A stretch of DNA of 64,000 nucleotides from an uncultured Chloroflexia bacterium (GCA_963763775.1 CAVXPZ010000001.1:1408001-1472000), one strand, 5' to 3'; shown: positions 22,424 through 33,568, numbered from the stretch's first letter. Notes: generated from the sequence alone by a model not told the origin. A program made the numbers and translations.

Positions 22424-23683
22424 GCGATCACGATCGCCTGCCGGCCATCGAGGGGGCTCTCCGGGCGGCCGCGCGCCGGTTCGGGACGCCGGTCTTCGTG
22501 ACGGACCTCGCGACCCTCGACGGGGCCGCGTCCGCCGTCCGGGACGCCTTCCCGGATCCATGGGTCCGGCAGTACTCGGTCAAGGCCAACGACGTGCCGG
22601 CGGTCATCAGCGCCGTCGCGACGCGCGGCTTCGGCGCGAACGTCGTCTCGCGCGGCGAATGGACGCTCGCGCGGCGCGCGGGCATCGCGGACGACCGGAT
22701 CTCGCTCGAGGGCATCGGCAAGACGCCGGCCGACCTGCGCGCGGCGGTGCGGGCCGCGGCGTCCGGCACGCCGCTGCGCTGGGTCGCGATCGAGTCGCCG
22801 GAGGAGGCGGCGGCGCTCGCGAGGCTCGTGCGCCGGGCGGGCGGTGGCCTCCGACTCGACGTCCTGTACCGGCTCAACCCGGACGTCGCACCCGAGACCC
22901 TCGCCGAGTTGGCCGTGGGCGCCGGCACGTCCAAGTTCGGGATGACCGAGACCGAGATCGCCGAGGCCATCGAGGCGAGCGGCGGCCCCGACGGCCCGCT
23001 GCGGCCGCGCGGCATCCATCTGCACGTCGGGTCCCAGCTGGGCGCGGTGGACGCGTGGCGCGACGCCGTGCGTCGCGCGCTCGCGGTCACGGCCCTCTGG
23101 CGGGGCTCGATCGACACGTTCGACACGCTGGACGTCGGCGGCGGGTTCCCGGTCCGTCCGCTCGGCGAGCCGTCGCCGGCGCCGGAGCGATTCGCCCGCG
23201 AGCTGCCGGCGCTCCTCGACGCCATCCCCGCCGATCGGCGGCCGACCCGCCTGGCGATCGAGCCCGGTCGGGCGCTCGTCGCCCGTGCCGGCTGGCTCGT
23301 CGCCCGCGTCCTCCACGCGCGGGAGCGCGCCGGACGCCAGGTCGTCCTCGACGCCGGGATGACCGAGCTGATCCGGCCCGCCCTGTACGGGGCAAGGCAT
23401 CCGGTCCGGGCGCTGGTCGCGGCCCCGTCCCGGGGTCGCCGGGCGGCCCCGGACGGCGACGTCGGCCCCACGCGCGTCGAGGGTCCCGATCTGCGAGTCC
23501 ACCGACTCGCTCGGGGTGCACGACCTGCCGCCGCTCCGTCGCGGCGACCTGGTCGCCATCGCGGACGCCGGCGCCTACGCTGCGTCGCTCGGGTCCGCGT
23601 ACAACGGCCGGCCGCGGCCACCCCAGGTCCTCCTCGCGCCCGACGGCACGCTCATCCTCGGTCGCGCGCGGCGCTCTGTCTGA
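22420..23683 (+). CDS. lysA: diaminopimelate decarboxylase-like PLP enzyme (frameshift near 23487; start uncertain)
   Basis: FGTP, YSVKAN, GIGKT, SKFG, HLHVGSQ, DVGGG, EPGR, RPALYG; GPICESTD/GAY..YN in shifted frame. Confidence 0.8.
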
Positions 23684-23753
23684 GCTCCTGCGCCACGCAC
23701 CGTGGCCTCGAGGGCGCTCGTGGACGCGACCGCGCGTCGGCTATCGTTCGGGC

Positions 23754-25684
23754 ATGGAGACGAGGCAGCGGTTCCGCGAGCGACTGGCCGGACGGCCCGT
23801 TGCTGGGCGACGGCGCGATGGGCACGCTCCTCTTCTCGCGCGGCATCCCCCAGCGTGCGAACCTCGACGAGCTGGTCGCGACACGACCCGACCTCATCGG
23901 CGCCGTCCATCGCGAGTACCTGACGGCCGGCTCGGACATCATCGAGTCCGCCACGTTCGGGGCGAACCGGGCCCGTCTCGCGCCGTTCGGACTCGGCGAC
24001 CAGGCCGGCAAGCTGGCCCGGCGCGGCGCGCAGCTCGCCCGCGAGGCCCGCGACGTCGCCGGCCGCGACGTCCTCGTCGCGGGCTCGGTCGGTCCGCTCG
24101 GCGCCCCCACCCGGGAGCTGGTCCACCTCGACGACGCGACCGTGCGGGCCACGTTCCGCGAGACCATCGACGGCCTGCTCGAAGGCGGCGTGGACCTGTT
24201 CTGGTTCGAGACCTTCTCGTCCGTGGAGCATCTCCGGATCGCGGTCGAGGAAGCGAAGGCCGCGGCCGACCTGCCGATCGTGGCCTTGCTCACGTTCGGC
24301 GAGGAACTGGAGCTGCCCGACGGCACGACGCCCGGCGCCGCGGCCACCGCGCTCGCGTCGCTCGAGGTGGACGTCGTCGGCATCAACTGCGGCGCCGGTC
24401 CACGCGGGTGCCTCGACGCGCTCGTCGCGATGGGCGGCGCCGGCCACGCGATCCTGCCGAACGCCGGCCTGCCGCAGCGCGTCGAAGGACAGTTCGTCTA
24501 CGCCGCCGGGCCCGCCTACCTCGCGGACATGACGCCGCGCTTCGTGGACGCCGGGGCCGCGATCATCGGCGGCTGCTGCGGGACCACGCCCGAGCACATC
24601 GCGGCGATGCGGACCGCCATCGATGCCGTCGCGCACGGCCGCGGGCGCCGGCCCCGCGGCCGGGGCGTCAGAGGCCGTCACGACCTCCACCGTCGTCCGC
24701 CGGCCGGCGACGGTCGCCAGCCACGACGGCCCCGCGACGCCCGATGCGCCGCCGCCCACCGGCCTCCTCCGCGCCCTCCGGGCGGAGCGGTTCGTCATCT
24801 CCGTGGAGATCGACCCGCCGCGGTCGGTCCGCATCGAGCGGACCATCGAGGCCGCCCGGCTCCTCCAGTCGGCCGGCGTCGACGCCGTCAACATCAGCGA
24901 CTCGGCGATGGCCCGCGTCCGGATGGGCGCGATGGCCGTGGCGTTCGGGATCCAGCACGACCTCGACCTGGAGTGCGTCGTCCACACGACGACCCGCGAC
25001 CGGAACCTCATGGCGCTCGAGTCCGAGCTCCTCGGGGCGCACGCCCTCGGCGTCCGCAACATCCTGGCGCTGACCGGCGACCCGCCCCGCGTCGGCGACT
25101 ACCCGTCGGGGACGGGCGTCTGGGACGTCGACTCGATCGGACTCGTCGAGATCCTCGCCCGCCTCAACCGCGGCGAGGACGGGGCCGGCAGCCCGATCGG
25201 CGCGCCGGCCGGGTTCACCATCGCGTGCGCGCTGGACCCGACCGCCGTCGACGCGGCCACCGAATGGGACCGGCTCGAGCGCAAGATCGCCGCGGGCGCG
25301 CACCTCGTGATGACCCAGCCGCTCTATGACGTCGCCCAGGTGGAGGCGATGGACCGGGAGTCCCGGCGACGGTTCGGGCCGGCCGGCTTCCCGATCCCGG
25401 TCCTCCTCGGCGTCCTGCCGTTGCAGAGCACCCGCCACGCCGAGTTCCTCCACAACGAGGTCCCGGGGATCACCATCCCGGACGCGACCCGCGCTGCGCT
25501 GCGCGACGCCGGCGAGCGCGGGGCGGAGGTGGGCCTCGAGCTGACGCTCGACCTGCTCGAGCAGGTGGACTCGCTCGTCGCCGGGACCTACGTCATGCCC
25601 AGCTTCGGCCGCTACGAGCAGGCCGCCGAGCTGGTCCGCCGACTGCGTGCCCGCCACACGCCCGCCCTGGAGGCCACCCGATGA
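23754..25684 (+). CDS. yitJ: bifunctional homocysteine S-methyltransferase / 5,10-methylene-THF reductase (frameshifts near 23790 and 24645)
   Basis: DGAMGT, GINC, PNAGLP, GGCCGTTPEHI; then VEIDPP, RDRNLMAL, LTGDP, TQP, FLHNEVPGI. Confidence 0.9.
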
Positions 25685-27417
25685 CCACCGGCCGCGTCCT
25701 GCGGATCCTCGCCGTGATCGCCCTCTGGCTCGTCGCCGCGGCGCCGATCGCCGCCGCCGGCCCCGAGCCGCCCGGTCCACCGTTCCCGGACCCGGTCGTC
25801 AACCAGGCCGTCTACGACCAGGCCGGGATCTTCAGCGCCGACGCCATCGCGAAGGCCGAGACGACCATCGACGCCATCGAGGCACGGACCGGCGCCGAGG
25901 TGGTCGTCTACACGCAGCCGACGGGGACCTACGCCAACGACACCGACGTGACCGCGTCCCGCGCGCTGGCCCTCATCGACCAGTGGGGGATCGGCCGCAA
26001 GGGCTTCGACGACGGGATGGTCATCTTCTTCGACATGGACCCGACCAACGAGCACGGCCAGATCCAGCTGTACGCCGCGCCGGGATTCGAGAAGGCCTAC
26101 CTCAGCAACAGCGAGCGGCAGGCGATCTACGAGAACGACATGCTGCCGTACCTTGGCCACGGCGACTTCGACGGCGCCCTCGCCGTGGCGCTCGAGAAGA
26201 TCGACGCGGCAGCCACGCCCGAGCACGCCGCCGCGCTCGACCAGGCACGCCAGGCCAACGCGGTCCTGGGTCTGGTCGGGGCGCCGATCATCTTCCTCGG
26301 CCTGTCGGGATGGGCGTTCTTCAACTGGCGCCGCTACGGCAAGGACCCGGTCTACCTCGACGACCCGTCCATCCTGATGCCCGCGCCGCCGCCCGATCTC
26401 ACGGCCGCCTCGGGGGCGATGGTCATGGACGGCAAGACCTCGCGACGGGCGCTGACGACCGCCATGCTCGACCTCGCGAGCCGCGGCCTCGTCTCGTTCC
26501 GCGAGGAGAAGGGGCTGCTGAGCCACAAGGTCGGCATCGACGTCGAGCCACCGGCCGGCGACGACGCGGTCGAGGCCCAGCGCCGACTCAACAGCCGCCG
26601 GCCCACCGGCCCGGCCGAGGACGTCGCCCTCCGCAAGCTCGAGACGCTCAGCCACGGCGATACGGAGGGCTACATCAGCGCGGACGAGCTGCCGAAGTTC
26701 GGCACGAGCGTGGCCGCGTTCGACAAGGCGCTCGAGGACCATGTCGTCGACAAGGGCTGGTTCGGCGAGAAGCCGAGCAAGGTCGTGTCGCGCTGGGTCG
26801 GCCGCGGCGTCCTGGCGATCATCGCCGGGGTCATCGCGTTGATCGTCGGTCTGAACGTGCCGGCGTCGGGCCTCGTCCTTCTCGGTGGGGCCGCGATCGC
26901 GGGCGGGATCGTCGTCTGCATGTTCGCGGGCGCGATGCCCGCGGTCACGATGGCGGGTGCCGTCATCCGGGCGATGCTCCACGCGTACAAGCGGACCCTC
27001 CAGAAGACCATGGAGCAGGCGCGCTCCATGGAGCAGGTCGTCAAGGAGTCCGGGCTCACGTGGCTCGAGACCCCCGACCAGGCCGTCGTCTGGGGCACGG
27101 CCCTCGGTCTCCAGAGCGAGATCGAAGGCGTCCTGGCGCGCAGCCTCGAGGACGTGCGACAGGGTTCGAATGCCGGCGGTGGGTTGCCGTACTTCCCGAT
27201 GTGGTACACGACCTCGAGCGGCTCCTCGTTCGCGTCCGGGATCGCGAGCGGGAGCGGTGGGAGCCTCTTCTCCGACTCACCGATCCCGGATCTCGGCGGC
27301 ATGATGTCGGCGCTCGGGACGATCGGGAACTCGCCGTCCTCGTCCGGTGGCGGCGGTGGCGGGTTCGGCGGTGGTGGCGGAGGCGGTGGCGGAGGCGGTG
27401 CGGGCGGCGGCTTCTAG
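25681..27417 (+). CDS. TPM (DUF477) plus DUF2207-like membrane protein with Gly-rich tail
   Basis: VYDQAGIFS..WGIGRKGFDDG TPM domain; GKDP..PPPDL..MLDLASRG; GGGGGF end; ATGA overlap with yitJ. Confidence 0.8.
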   Translation: MTTGRVLRILAVIALWLVAAAPIAAAGPEPPGPPFPDPVVNQAVYDQAGIFSADAIAKAETTIDAIEARTGAEVVVYTQPTGTYANDTDVTASRALALIDQWGIGRKGFDDGMVIFFDMDPTNEHGQIQLYAAPGFEKAYLSNSERQAIYENDMLPYLGHGDFDGALAVALEKIDAAATPEHAAALDQARQANAVLGLVGAPIIFLGLSGWAFFNWRRYGKDPVYLDDPSILMPAPPPDLTAASGAMVMDGKTSRRALTTAMLDLASRGLVSFREEKGLLSHKVGIDVEPPAGDDAVEAQRRLNSRRPTGPAEDVALRKLETLSHGDTEGYISADELPKFGTSVAAFDKALEDHVVDKGWFGEKPSKVVSRWVGRGVLAIIAGVIALIVGLNVPASGLVLLGGAAIAGGIVVCMFAGAMPAVTMAGAVIRAMLHAYKRTLQKTMEQARSMEQVVKESGLTWLETPDQAVVWGTALGLQSEIEGVLARSLEDVRQGSNAGGGLPYFPMWYTTSSGSSFASGIASGSGGSLFSDSPIPDLGGMMSALGTIGNSPSSSGGGGGGFGGGGGGGGGGGAGGGF

Positions 27418-27457
27418 GGGGGTCGCCGAGCCCGAGAGCCGGGTGCCGCGGTCGGCT

Positions 27458-27596
27458 GGTCGGCGGGCAACTGCCAGTACCCCTTCCGCGATATCCGAGC
27501 GCGGTCCCTGGCCCGAAACGACGTCGACCGGTCGATACCGCGCCGATCCTCGAGGGAGCTATCCCGATCCGGGTACCGGCAGTACCGGCGCCGACC
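27458..27596. repeat. long imperfect inverted repeat (foldback element) between convergent genes
   Basis: GGTCGGCG..ACTGCCAGTACCC pairs with GGGTACCGGCAGT..CGCCGACC. Confidence 0.55.
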
Positions 27597-27618
27597 TGGC
27601 GCGACTCGCGCTGCCGGA

Positions 27619-28324
27619 TCAGGCGCCGAAGAGCTCCCGGCACGCGTCGAGGCCGTCGATCGTGACCGGCGGGCGGGGCCTGGCGCGCCACTGGACGTCC
27701 GTCATGTCGAACCGCTGCATCTCGCGCGAGACGCCCTCGGGCGCGGATCGGTCGCGCCCGTTCTCGACGTAGCCGAGCGACCGGGAGACGGCGTTGGACG
27801 CCGCGTTGTCGAGGTACGCCATGGTCTCGGCGACGCGCGCGCCGAGCCCGTCGAACGCGAACGCGAGCACGGCCGCCCGCATCTCCTTCCCGAACCCGCG
27901 GCCCTGGAACGCCTGACCCAGCCACGACCCGGTGTTGACGGTCCGATGGACCGCGAACCGCGTGGCCATGAGCGACTGCGTCCCGATGGGCTCGTCATCG
28001 AGGAGCGTGACGAGGTGGAGCGCCCACGCGTCCGGCTGCCACGTCGCGCGGCCCGCCCAGTGGATACTGGATGAACCCCCGCTCGAACTCGGGGCTCGGC
28101 GTTCGGGTCCAGGCGACCCCGAACGGCATCTCGTCCGGCGGATGGATCCCGGCCTTCGCCAGTCCGATCATCTCGGCGATCTCGTCGTCGCTCGGGAGGC
28201 GCAGCACGAGTCGCTCGCTGCGGATCCGGAGTCCGAAGAGCGGCCAGACATCCTCGAGGCTCGGCCGAGGCGAGGCGGCCGTCGCGGCGTCCTCAGCGGT
28301 CCGGGCAGGGTCGTCGGCGCTCAT
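27619..28324 (-). CDS. GNAT acetyl/succinyltransferase (RimL-type; frameshift near 28060)
   Basis: WPLFGLRIRSERLVLRLP..GIHPPDEMPF; TGSWLG..QGRGFGKEMRAAVL..DNAASNAVSRSLGY. Confidence 0.85.
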
Positions 28325-28349
28325 GGTCACGCGACGCTACACTCCGGCC

Positions 28350-28679
28350 ATGGGTGCTGTCGAGACGATGGAAGAGTTCTTCGAGAAGCTGAACGGGGGC
28401 GACCGCGAGGGCGCCGTCGCGCTCATGGATGAGATGACCGAGATGCGCGTGCACGTCGGTGACAGCGTCCAGACGCTCCGCGGTGTGGAGCGGGTCGGCG
28501 GATGGTTCCTCCGTGGGGACACGGGGCTTCGGATGATCCCTGGCGGGATCCGCGATACCGGCAACACCTACGAGGCGGACCTGCTGGTCGTTCGACCCGG
28601 GGCGCCCACACAGCACATCGACGCCACATTCCGCGTCGAGGCCGGGAAGATCACCGCGATCAACATCGCGCCTCGCTAG
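28350..28679 (+). CDS. small hypothetical protein, possible NTF2/SnoaL-like fold
   Basis: MEEFFEKLNGGDREGAVALM..FRVEAGKITAI pattern. Confidence 0.6.
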   Translation: MGAVETMEEFFEKLNGGDREGAVALMDEMTEMRVHVGDSVQTLRGVERVGGWFLRGDTGLRMIPGGIRDTGNTYEADLLVVRPGAPTQHIDATFRVEAGKITAINIAPR

Positions 28680-28740
28680 GACGGGCGCGGCGCCATCTCG
28701 GCACCTGCCCGCCGTGACGGCCGGCGGACGACCTTCTGGT

Positions 28741-30048
28741 CTACGGCGCGGGTGACGCCGACTCGGCCGACGGGGACGACGCTCCCGGGTCCGTGATCTC
28801 GTCCTGGACCTTGGCCGGGATGACGATCTCCTGGCCCACCCTGATCTTGTCGGCATTCTTGATCGTGGCCTTGTTCGCCGCGAGCAGCTGCTCGATCGTG
28901 ATCCCGTTCTTCTTGGCGATCTTGAGCAGCGTGTCGCCCTTCTTGATGATGTAGGTCTGTTGGGTGGGCGCCGGGATGGGCGTGTCCGACGGCTCGGCCG
29001 TGACGGACGCCGTGGACGACGGGCTCGCGCTGGCGCCGGCCCCACCGCCGTCGTCGCCACCGCCGATGTGCAGCAGGTCCGGCAGGAAGAACAGCGCGAC
29101 CGCAGCGATCAGCACGGCGGCCGCGATCAGGGCGATCCGGGGGATGCCCGGGAGCCCGGTCCGCGTCTTGATCGTGGGATAGGCCTCGTAACGCTTCGCG
29201 CTCTCCCAGGCAGGCCCGTCGTGATCGTGCGATCGATCCCGCGGTCGCGTGGAGCTGACCGACGGCCGCCGGCCGGACGTGGTCGTGGTCGGGTAGGCGC
29301 CGCTGGGCGGCCGCTTGATCGGTGTCGGGGCGGCCGCGGCCGCACCGACGACGACCGCCGGCGCGACGAGGCCCGCGAGGTCGTCATCCGGCCCGGCGAC
29401 CGGGGCCGGGGCGACCGGCTGTCCCGACGCAAGACGGTCCGCGGCGCTCCCCGCCAGACCCGCACCGGCCGACCGGCTGGCCAGGAACTCCGGGGGCCGG
29501 TCGCCGGTCCCACTGCCCGAGCGTCCGCCCGGGCCGCCCGCCCCGCTCGTCGTCCCGGCACCACCACCGGTCGCCCACGGCGGGGGTGCGGCCCAATCCC
29601 GGGGCGGATTGCGTTGGACGGGCTCGTCGCTGTCGGGGAGCGGCGAGGACCACAGGTCGTCATCGTCGTCGCCATCGGTCACGGCCCCGGATGACGGCTC
29701 CGGAGCAGCCGGCGTCTCGTAGACCGGCGGACCGCCCGCACGATCCTCCGCCTCATCCGGCCCGTCCACAGCGGTCGCCGCCGCCGGTGGCACCGCCGCC
29801 GCACGACCGCTCGAGCGTGCCTGCGCCGCCTCGCGGCGCGCCCAGTCCTGGAAGGTCGGGCAGACCGGGAACGCGCTCGAGAGGCAGTACGCCTCCTGGT
29901 GCGCCAGGGCGCGCGGGGCCGGCTGGACTTCCGCGAAACAGCGATGTCGATGGTCAGGGCTCGACGATCGCTCGTCCCGCTCGTCCTCGAACGCGATGAA
30001 GGGGCAAGCCGGAGGCCCGTCCGTGCCGGGCGTCCCTCGGTCGCTCAT
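28741..30048 (-). CDS. LysM membrane protein with N-terminal Cys/His cluster
   Basis: C-terminal YIIKKGDTLLKIAKK..IRVGQEIVIP LysM; one TM; N-terminal CPF..HRC..HQ..CL..CP. Confidence 0.85.
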   Translation of the reverse strand: MSDRGTPGTDGPPACPFIAFEDERDERSSSPDHRHRCFAEVQPAPRALAHQEAYCLSSAFPVCPTFQDWARREAAQARSSGRAAAVPPAAATAVDGPDEAEDRAGGPPVYETPAAPEPSSGAVTDGDDDDDLWSSPLPDSDEPVQRNPPRDWAAPPPWATGGGAGTTSGAGGPGGRSGSGTGDRPPEFLASRSAGAGLAGSAADRLASGQPVAPAPVAGPDDDLAGLVAPAVVVGAAAAAPTPIKRPPSGAYPTTTTSGRRPSVSSTRPRDRSHDHDGPAWESAKRYEAYPTIKTRTGLPGIPRIALIAAAVLIAAVALFFLPDLLHIGGGDDGGGAGASASPSSTASVTAEPSDTPIPAPTQQTYIIKKGDTLLKIAKKNGITIEQLLAANKATIKNADKIRVGQEIVIPAKVQDEITDPGASSPSAESASPAP

Positions 30049-30129
30049 CGTGGCGATGATACCCGGCGCGCCGACTGGGTCGAGCCGGGAGGGATCAGAC
30101 CGCGCCACTCCGGCACGGAAAGCCGATCC

Positions 30130-32487
30130 CTACTCCCGCATCAGCATGCCGGCGGCCTCGCGCTCGAGGTCGATGTACGGCTCGCCGCTCACGTCAACGG
30201 CGACCCGGCGGATCGTCCCGCCGGTGAACGTGTATGGGCGTTCGCCGGGATAGTCCTGGGTGACAGGATCGCCGACGTCCCGGCCGACGGCCAAGCCTTC
30301 GCCGGCGATCATGTAACCGCCGGGCTGGGTCTTGATGCGTCCCTCGCCGACCTTCTTGTCGCCGTGGTACAGGGTGAGGACCCCTTCAGCGACCGGGGAC
30401 GGCCCGGTGCCCTCCTTCTCGAACGATGCCGACAGGATGAGATCCGTGCCGGTCGGCACATCGACGGTGGCGACCACCTTCTGCTCGAACATGCCGACGA
30501 AGCTGTTCACGTAGTGGAGCCGGCCGTCCTTCACATACAGGGAGTGACCGCCGAAACGCGACCCCTGTGAGAACAGCACGCCTTGTGCGCCCGGTCCGGG
30601 GATATCCACAAGCGCCCCGATGACGAATGATCGACCCCGCACGACGACCGCCTGCGCCTCGGGCACCTCGGCATGCTCCGGGAAGTACACGTAGCGGGCT
30701 CGAGGCGCCGAGAGCTGCGGCCGTGGGGCGATGAAGATCTCCAGCGCCGATCGGTCGTCGAGCGGGAAACCGTCGTTGGCGCCCGCCTCGGCGTACCACA
30801 GGTTCACCATCTCGCGGAGCTTGTCCGGCTGCTCGGCGGCAAGGTCATGGAGCTCCGAGCGGTCCACGTCCGTGTGGTAGAGCTCCCAGGCATCCTCGTT
30901 GAAATGGCTCCAGCCACTGATCGTCGGGTGGGTCGTGATCGCCTTCCAGCCCTCGTGCCAGATGCCGCGGGAGCCGAGCATCGAGTAGAACTGGGTATGC
31001 CGGGCGCCGGGCGCGGCGGCGTCGTCGAAGCTGTAGCGCATGCTCACGCCGTCGAAGTGGCTCTGCGCGTGGCCCTTGATCTTCTCCGGCGCGGCCACCC
31101 CGAGCGCGTCGAGCACCGTCGGGACGAGATCGATCGCGTGGTGGTATTGCGTCCGGATCTCGCCCTTCGACTTGATGCCGGCCGGCCAGGAGATGACGCA
31201 CGGGTCGCTGGTCCCGCCGTTGAACTCGTAGCGCTTCCACATCTTGAACGGCGTGTTGAACGCCATCGCCCAGCCGTTGGGATAGTGGTTGTAGGTCTTC
31301 GGGCTGCCGAGCTCGTCGATCATGGCCAGATTGGCCTTGATGTCGTCCGGGATGCCGTTCGCGAACAACATCTCGTTCACCGAGCCGTCCGGCCCGCCCT
31401 CGCCACTCGCGCCGTTGTCCGACACGACGATGATCATCGTGTTCTCACGCTGGCCCGTCATCTCGAGGTAGTCGAGCAAGCGCCCGACCTGGTGGTCGGC
31501 ATGGGACAGGAACCCGGCATAGACCTCGGCCATCCGGGCGAACAGCCGCTGCTCCTCGCTGGACAGGGTCGCCCACGGTCGCGTCGTGTCCATGAGCGGG
31601 AACGGCTTCCCGTCCGGGCCGGTCCGCGTCTCGGCGGTCCCGATCGGGTTGACCGAGGGCAGCTCCGTCTCCGGCGGGACGAGGCCCATCGCCTTCTGCC
31701 GGGCGAGTGTCGCCTCGCGCATCGCCTCGTAGCCCATGTCGAACTGGCCGGCGTACTTGTCTGCCCACGCCTTCGGCGAGTGATGCGGTGCATGCGCCGC
31801 GCCGGGCGCGTAGTACAGGAAGAACGGCTTGTGGGGCGCGACCGCCTTCGCGTCCATGATGAATTCGATCGCCTTGTCGGTGATGTCCTCACCGAAGTGG
31901 TAGCCCTCGTCGGGTGTCTTCGGCTGGTCCACCGGGTGGTTGTCGTAGATCAGCTCGGGGAACCACTGGCTCGTCTCGGCGCCAAGGAACCCATAGAACC
32001 GCTCGAAGCCGCGCCCGGTCGGCCAGTTCCGCCGGGTGGAGGCGAGGTTCATCTCGACGGTCGGGCAGAGGTGCCACTTGCCGACCGCGTAGGTGTTCCA
32101 GCCCAGCTCGCCCAGGATCTCGGGCAGCATGCCGTTCTCGGGCGGGATGGTCCCGCTCGCGTTGGGGAACCCGCTGGCGCCCTCGGTGATGCAGGCCATG
32201 CTGTTGCGGGTGTGGTTCCGGCCCGTGAGCAGGCAGGATCGTGTCGGTGAGCACAGCGCCGTCGTGTGCCACTGCGTGTAGCGGACGCCGTCGGCCGCGA
32301 TCTTGTCGATGTTCGGTGTCGCGATCGGGCCGCCGTAGCAGGACATCGCGGAGAAGCCGACGTCATCGAGCACGACGTAGATGACGTTGGGGGCGCCGTC
32401 CGGTGGCTGCGGAGCCACGAATGGCGTCCAGTCCTCGACCGAATCGCGGATGTCGACGTTGATCGTGCCGTTGAACGGACTGGTCAT
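30130..32487 (-). CDS. arylsulfatase (Cys-type)
   Basis: LDDVGF, CSPTRSCLLTGRNH, GKWH, SDNG. Confidence 0.93.
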   Translation of the reverse strand: MTSPFNGTINVDIRDSVEDWTPFVAPQPPDGAPNVIYVVLDDVGFSAMSCYGGPIATPNIDKIAADGVRYTQWHTTALCSPTRSCLLTGRNHTRNSMACITEGASGFPNASGTIPPENGMLPEILGELGWNTYAVGKWHLCPTVEMNLASTRRNWPTGRGFERFYGFLGAETSQWFPELIYDNHPVDQPKTPDEGYHFGEDITDKAIEFIMDAKAVAPHKPFFLYYAPGAAHAPHHSPKAWADKYAGQFDMGYEAMREATLARQKAMGLVPPETELPSVNPIGTAETRTGPDGKPFPLMDTTRPWATLSSEEQRLFARMAEVYAGFLSHADHQVGRLLDYLEMTGQRENTMIIVVSDNGASGEGGPDGSVNEMLFANGIPDDIKANLAMIDELGSPKTYNHYPNGWAMAFNTPFKMWKRYEFNGGTSDPCVISWPAGIKSKGEIRTQYHHAIDLVPTVLDALGVAAPEKIKGHAQSHFDGVSMRYSFDDAAAPGARHTQFYSMLGSRGIWHEGWKAITTHPTISGWSHFNEDAWELYHTDVDRSELHDLAAEQPDKLREMVNLWYAEAGANDGFPLDDRSALEIFIAPRPQLSAPRARYVYFPEHAEVPEAQAVVVRGRSFVIGALVDIPGPGAQGVLFSQGSRFGGHSLYVKDGRLHYVNSFVGMFEQKVVATVDVPTGTDLILSASFEKEGTGPSPVAEGVLTLYHGDKKVGEGRIKTQPGGYMIAGEGLAVGRDVGDPVTQDYPGERPYTFTGGTIRRVAVDVSGEPYIDLEREAAGMLMRE

Positions 32488-32560
32488 CAGGCGGTGCTCC
32501 GAGAAGCAGGGGGGTGAAGGCCCAACGGTACCCGAACGCGGGCGAGCCGGCGTCGCCGAG

Positions 32561-32956
32561 TCAGGCGCGCGGCGTCAGGTCGTCGGCTCCGGCACCCGGG
32601 GCTTCGGCCGCCTCCGTCGCGCGCCGATGCCACGGGACGACCCCTTCGAGCTCGATCTCCAGGGAGAAGCTCAGGAACGTCCGGACCAGGACGATGACGC
32701 CGAGCGTGATCGCGCTCTCGATCGTGGAGTCGATCGCGACGGTCAGCACGATATCGGCGACGATCAGGACCTCGAGGCCGAGGAGGATCGTGCGGCCGAT
32801 GTTGCCGCGGAACCTGGTGTACGCGAGCGTCCGATCCATCCGACGCACATCACGGACGTAGCTGACCACGCCGATGAGCGACCCGGCCACGAGGATGCCG
32901 ACGCCGAACGCCTCGAATCCCCTGACGACGAGGTCGAGCGCGTCTTCGAAGCTCAA
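32561..32956 (-). CDS. DUF1622 membrane protein
   Basis: GRTILLGLEVLIVADIVLTV..LVRTFLSFSLEIE. Confidence 0.88.
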   Translation of the reverse strand: MSFEDALDLVVRGFEAFGVGILVAGSLIGVVSYVRDVRRMDRTLAYTRFRGNIGRTILLGLEVLIVADIVLTVAIDSTIESAITLGVIVLVRTFLSFSLEIELEGVVPWHRRATEAAEAPGAGADDLTPRA

Positions 32957-33154
32957 GGGCGGGGTCTCCGAGTGCGGGCGTCATCGTACGTCGCGGACCC
33001 GCGGTCCGGCGGGGTCACCCGGCGCCGACGCTCCGCCGGGGCCGGCGTCCGCTGATGCGGCCCGTTTGACACGCTTCGGGCGGCGCTCTGACACTTCGAG
33101 ACACCCCGTGGAGCGGTAGGGTCGTCCCCCGACCGGATGCGTGAAGGAGTGCCC

Positions 33155-33568
33155 ATGTCCCGACTGACCCGCTGGCTTGCCCCCAGCACCACCGCCCGTG
33201 CCCACTGCGACATCCCGTGCGGCATCTACGACCCGCACGAGGCCGAGATCGCCGCGCGCACCGTCGCCCGGATGGTCGAGCTGATCAACGGCCTCGACGG
33301 CAACGACACCGAGAGCCGCAACAAGTTCGTCCGCTGCGTCCACGTCAAGGAGGAGCACGCGGAGAAGGTGAAGCACGAGGTCCAGGTCATCTGGTCCGAC
33401 TACTTCAAGCCCGAGCACCTCGAGGCGAACCCGGACCTCCACGACAAGGTCTGGAAGCTCCTGAAGCTCGCCGGCAAGAACAAGCAGAGCGTCGACGCCG
33501 AGGCGGCCGCCCAGCTCGAGGCGGCGGTCAAGGAGTTCTCCGAGATCTTCTGGTCGACCAAGAAGTAG
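33155..33568 (+). CDS. sodN: nickel superoxide dismutase precursor
   Basis: Nickel hook HCDIPCGIYDP after a short propeptide; KEEHAE..IWSDYFK; RBS AAGGAG. Confidence 0.96.
   Translation: MSRLTRWLAPSTTARAHCDIPCGIYDPHEAEIAARTVARMVELINGLDGNDTESRNKFVRCVHVKEEHAEKVKHEVQVIWSDYFKPEHLEANPDLHDKVWKLLKLAGKNKQSVDAEAAAQLEAAVKEFSEIFWSTKK

Noticed and set aside
22498-25329. 943-aa LysA-homocysteine methyltransferase fusion ORF
   Set aside because: Two indels (near 23487 and 23790) join separate genes; lysA has its own stop at 23683 and yitJ its own leaderless start
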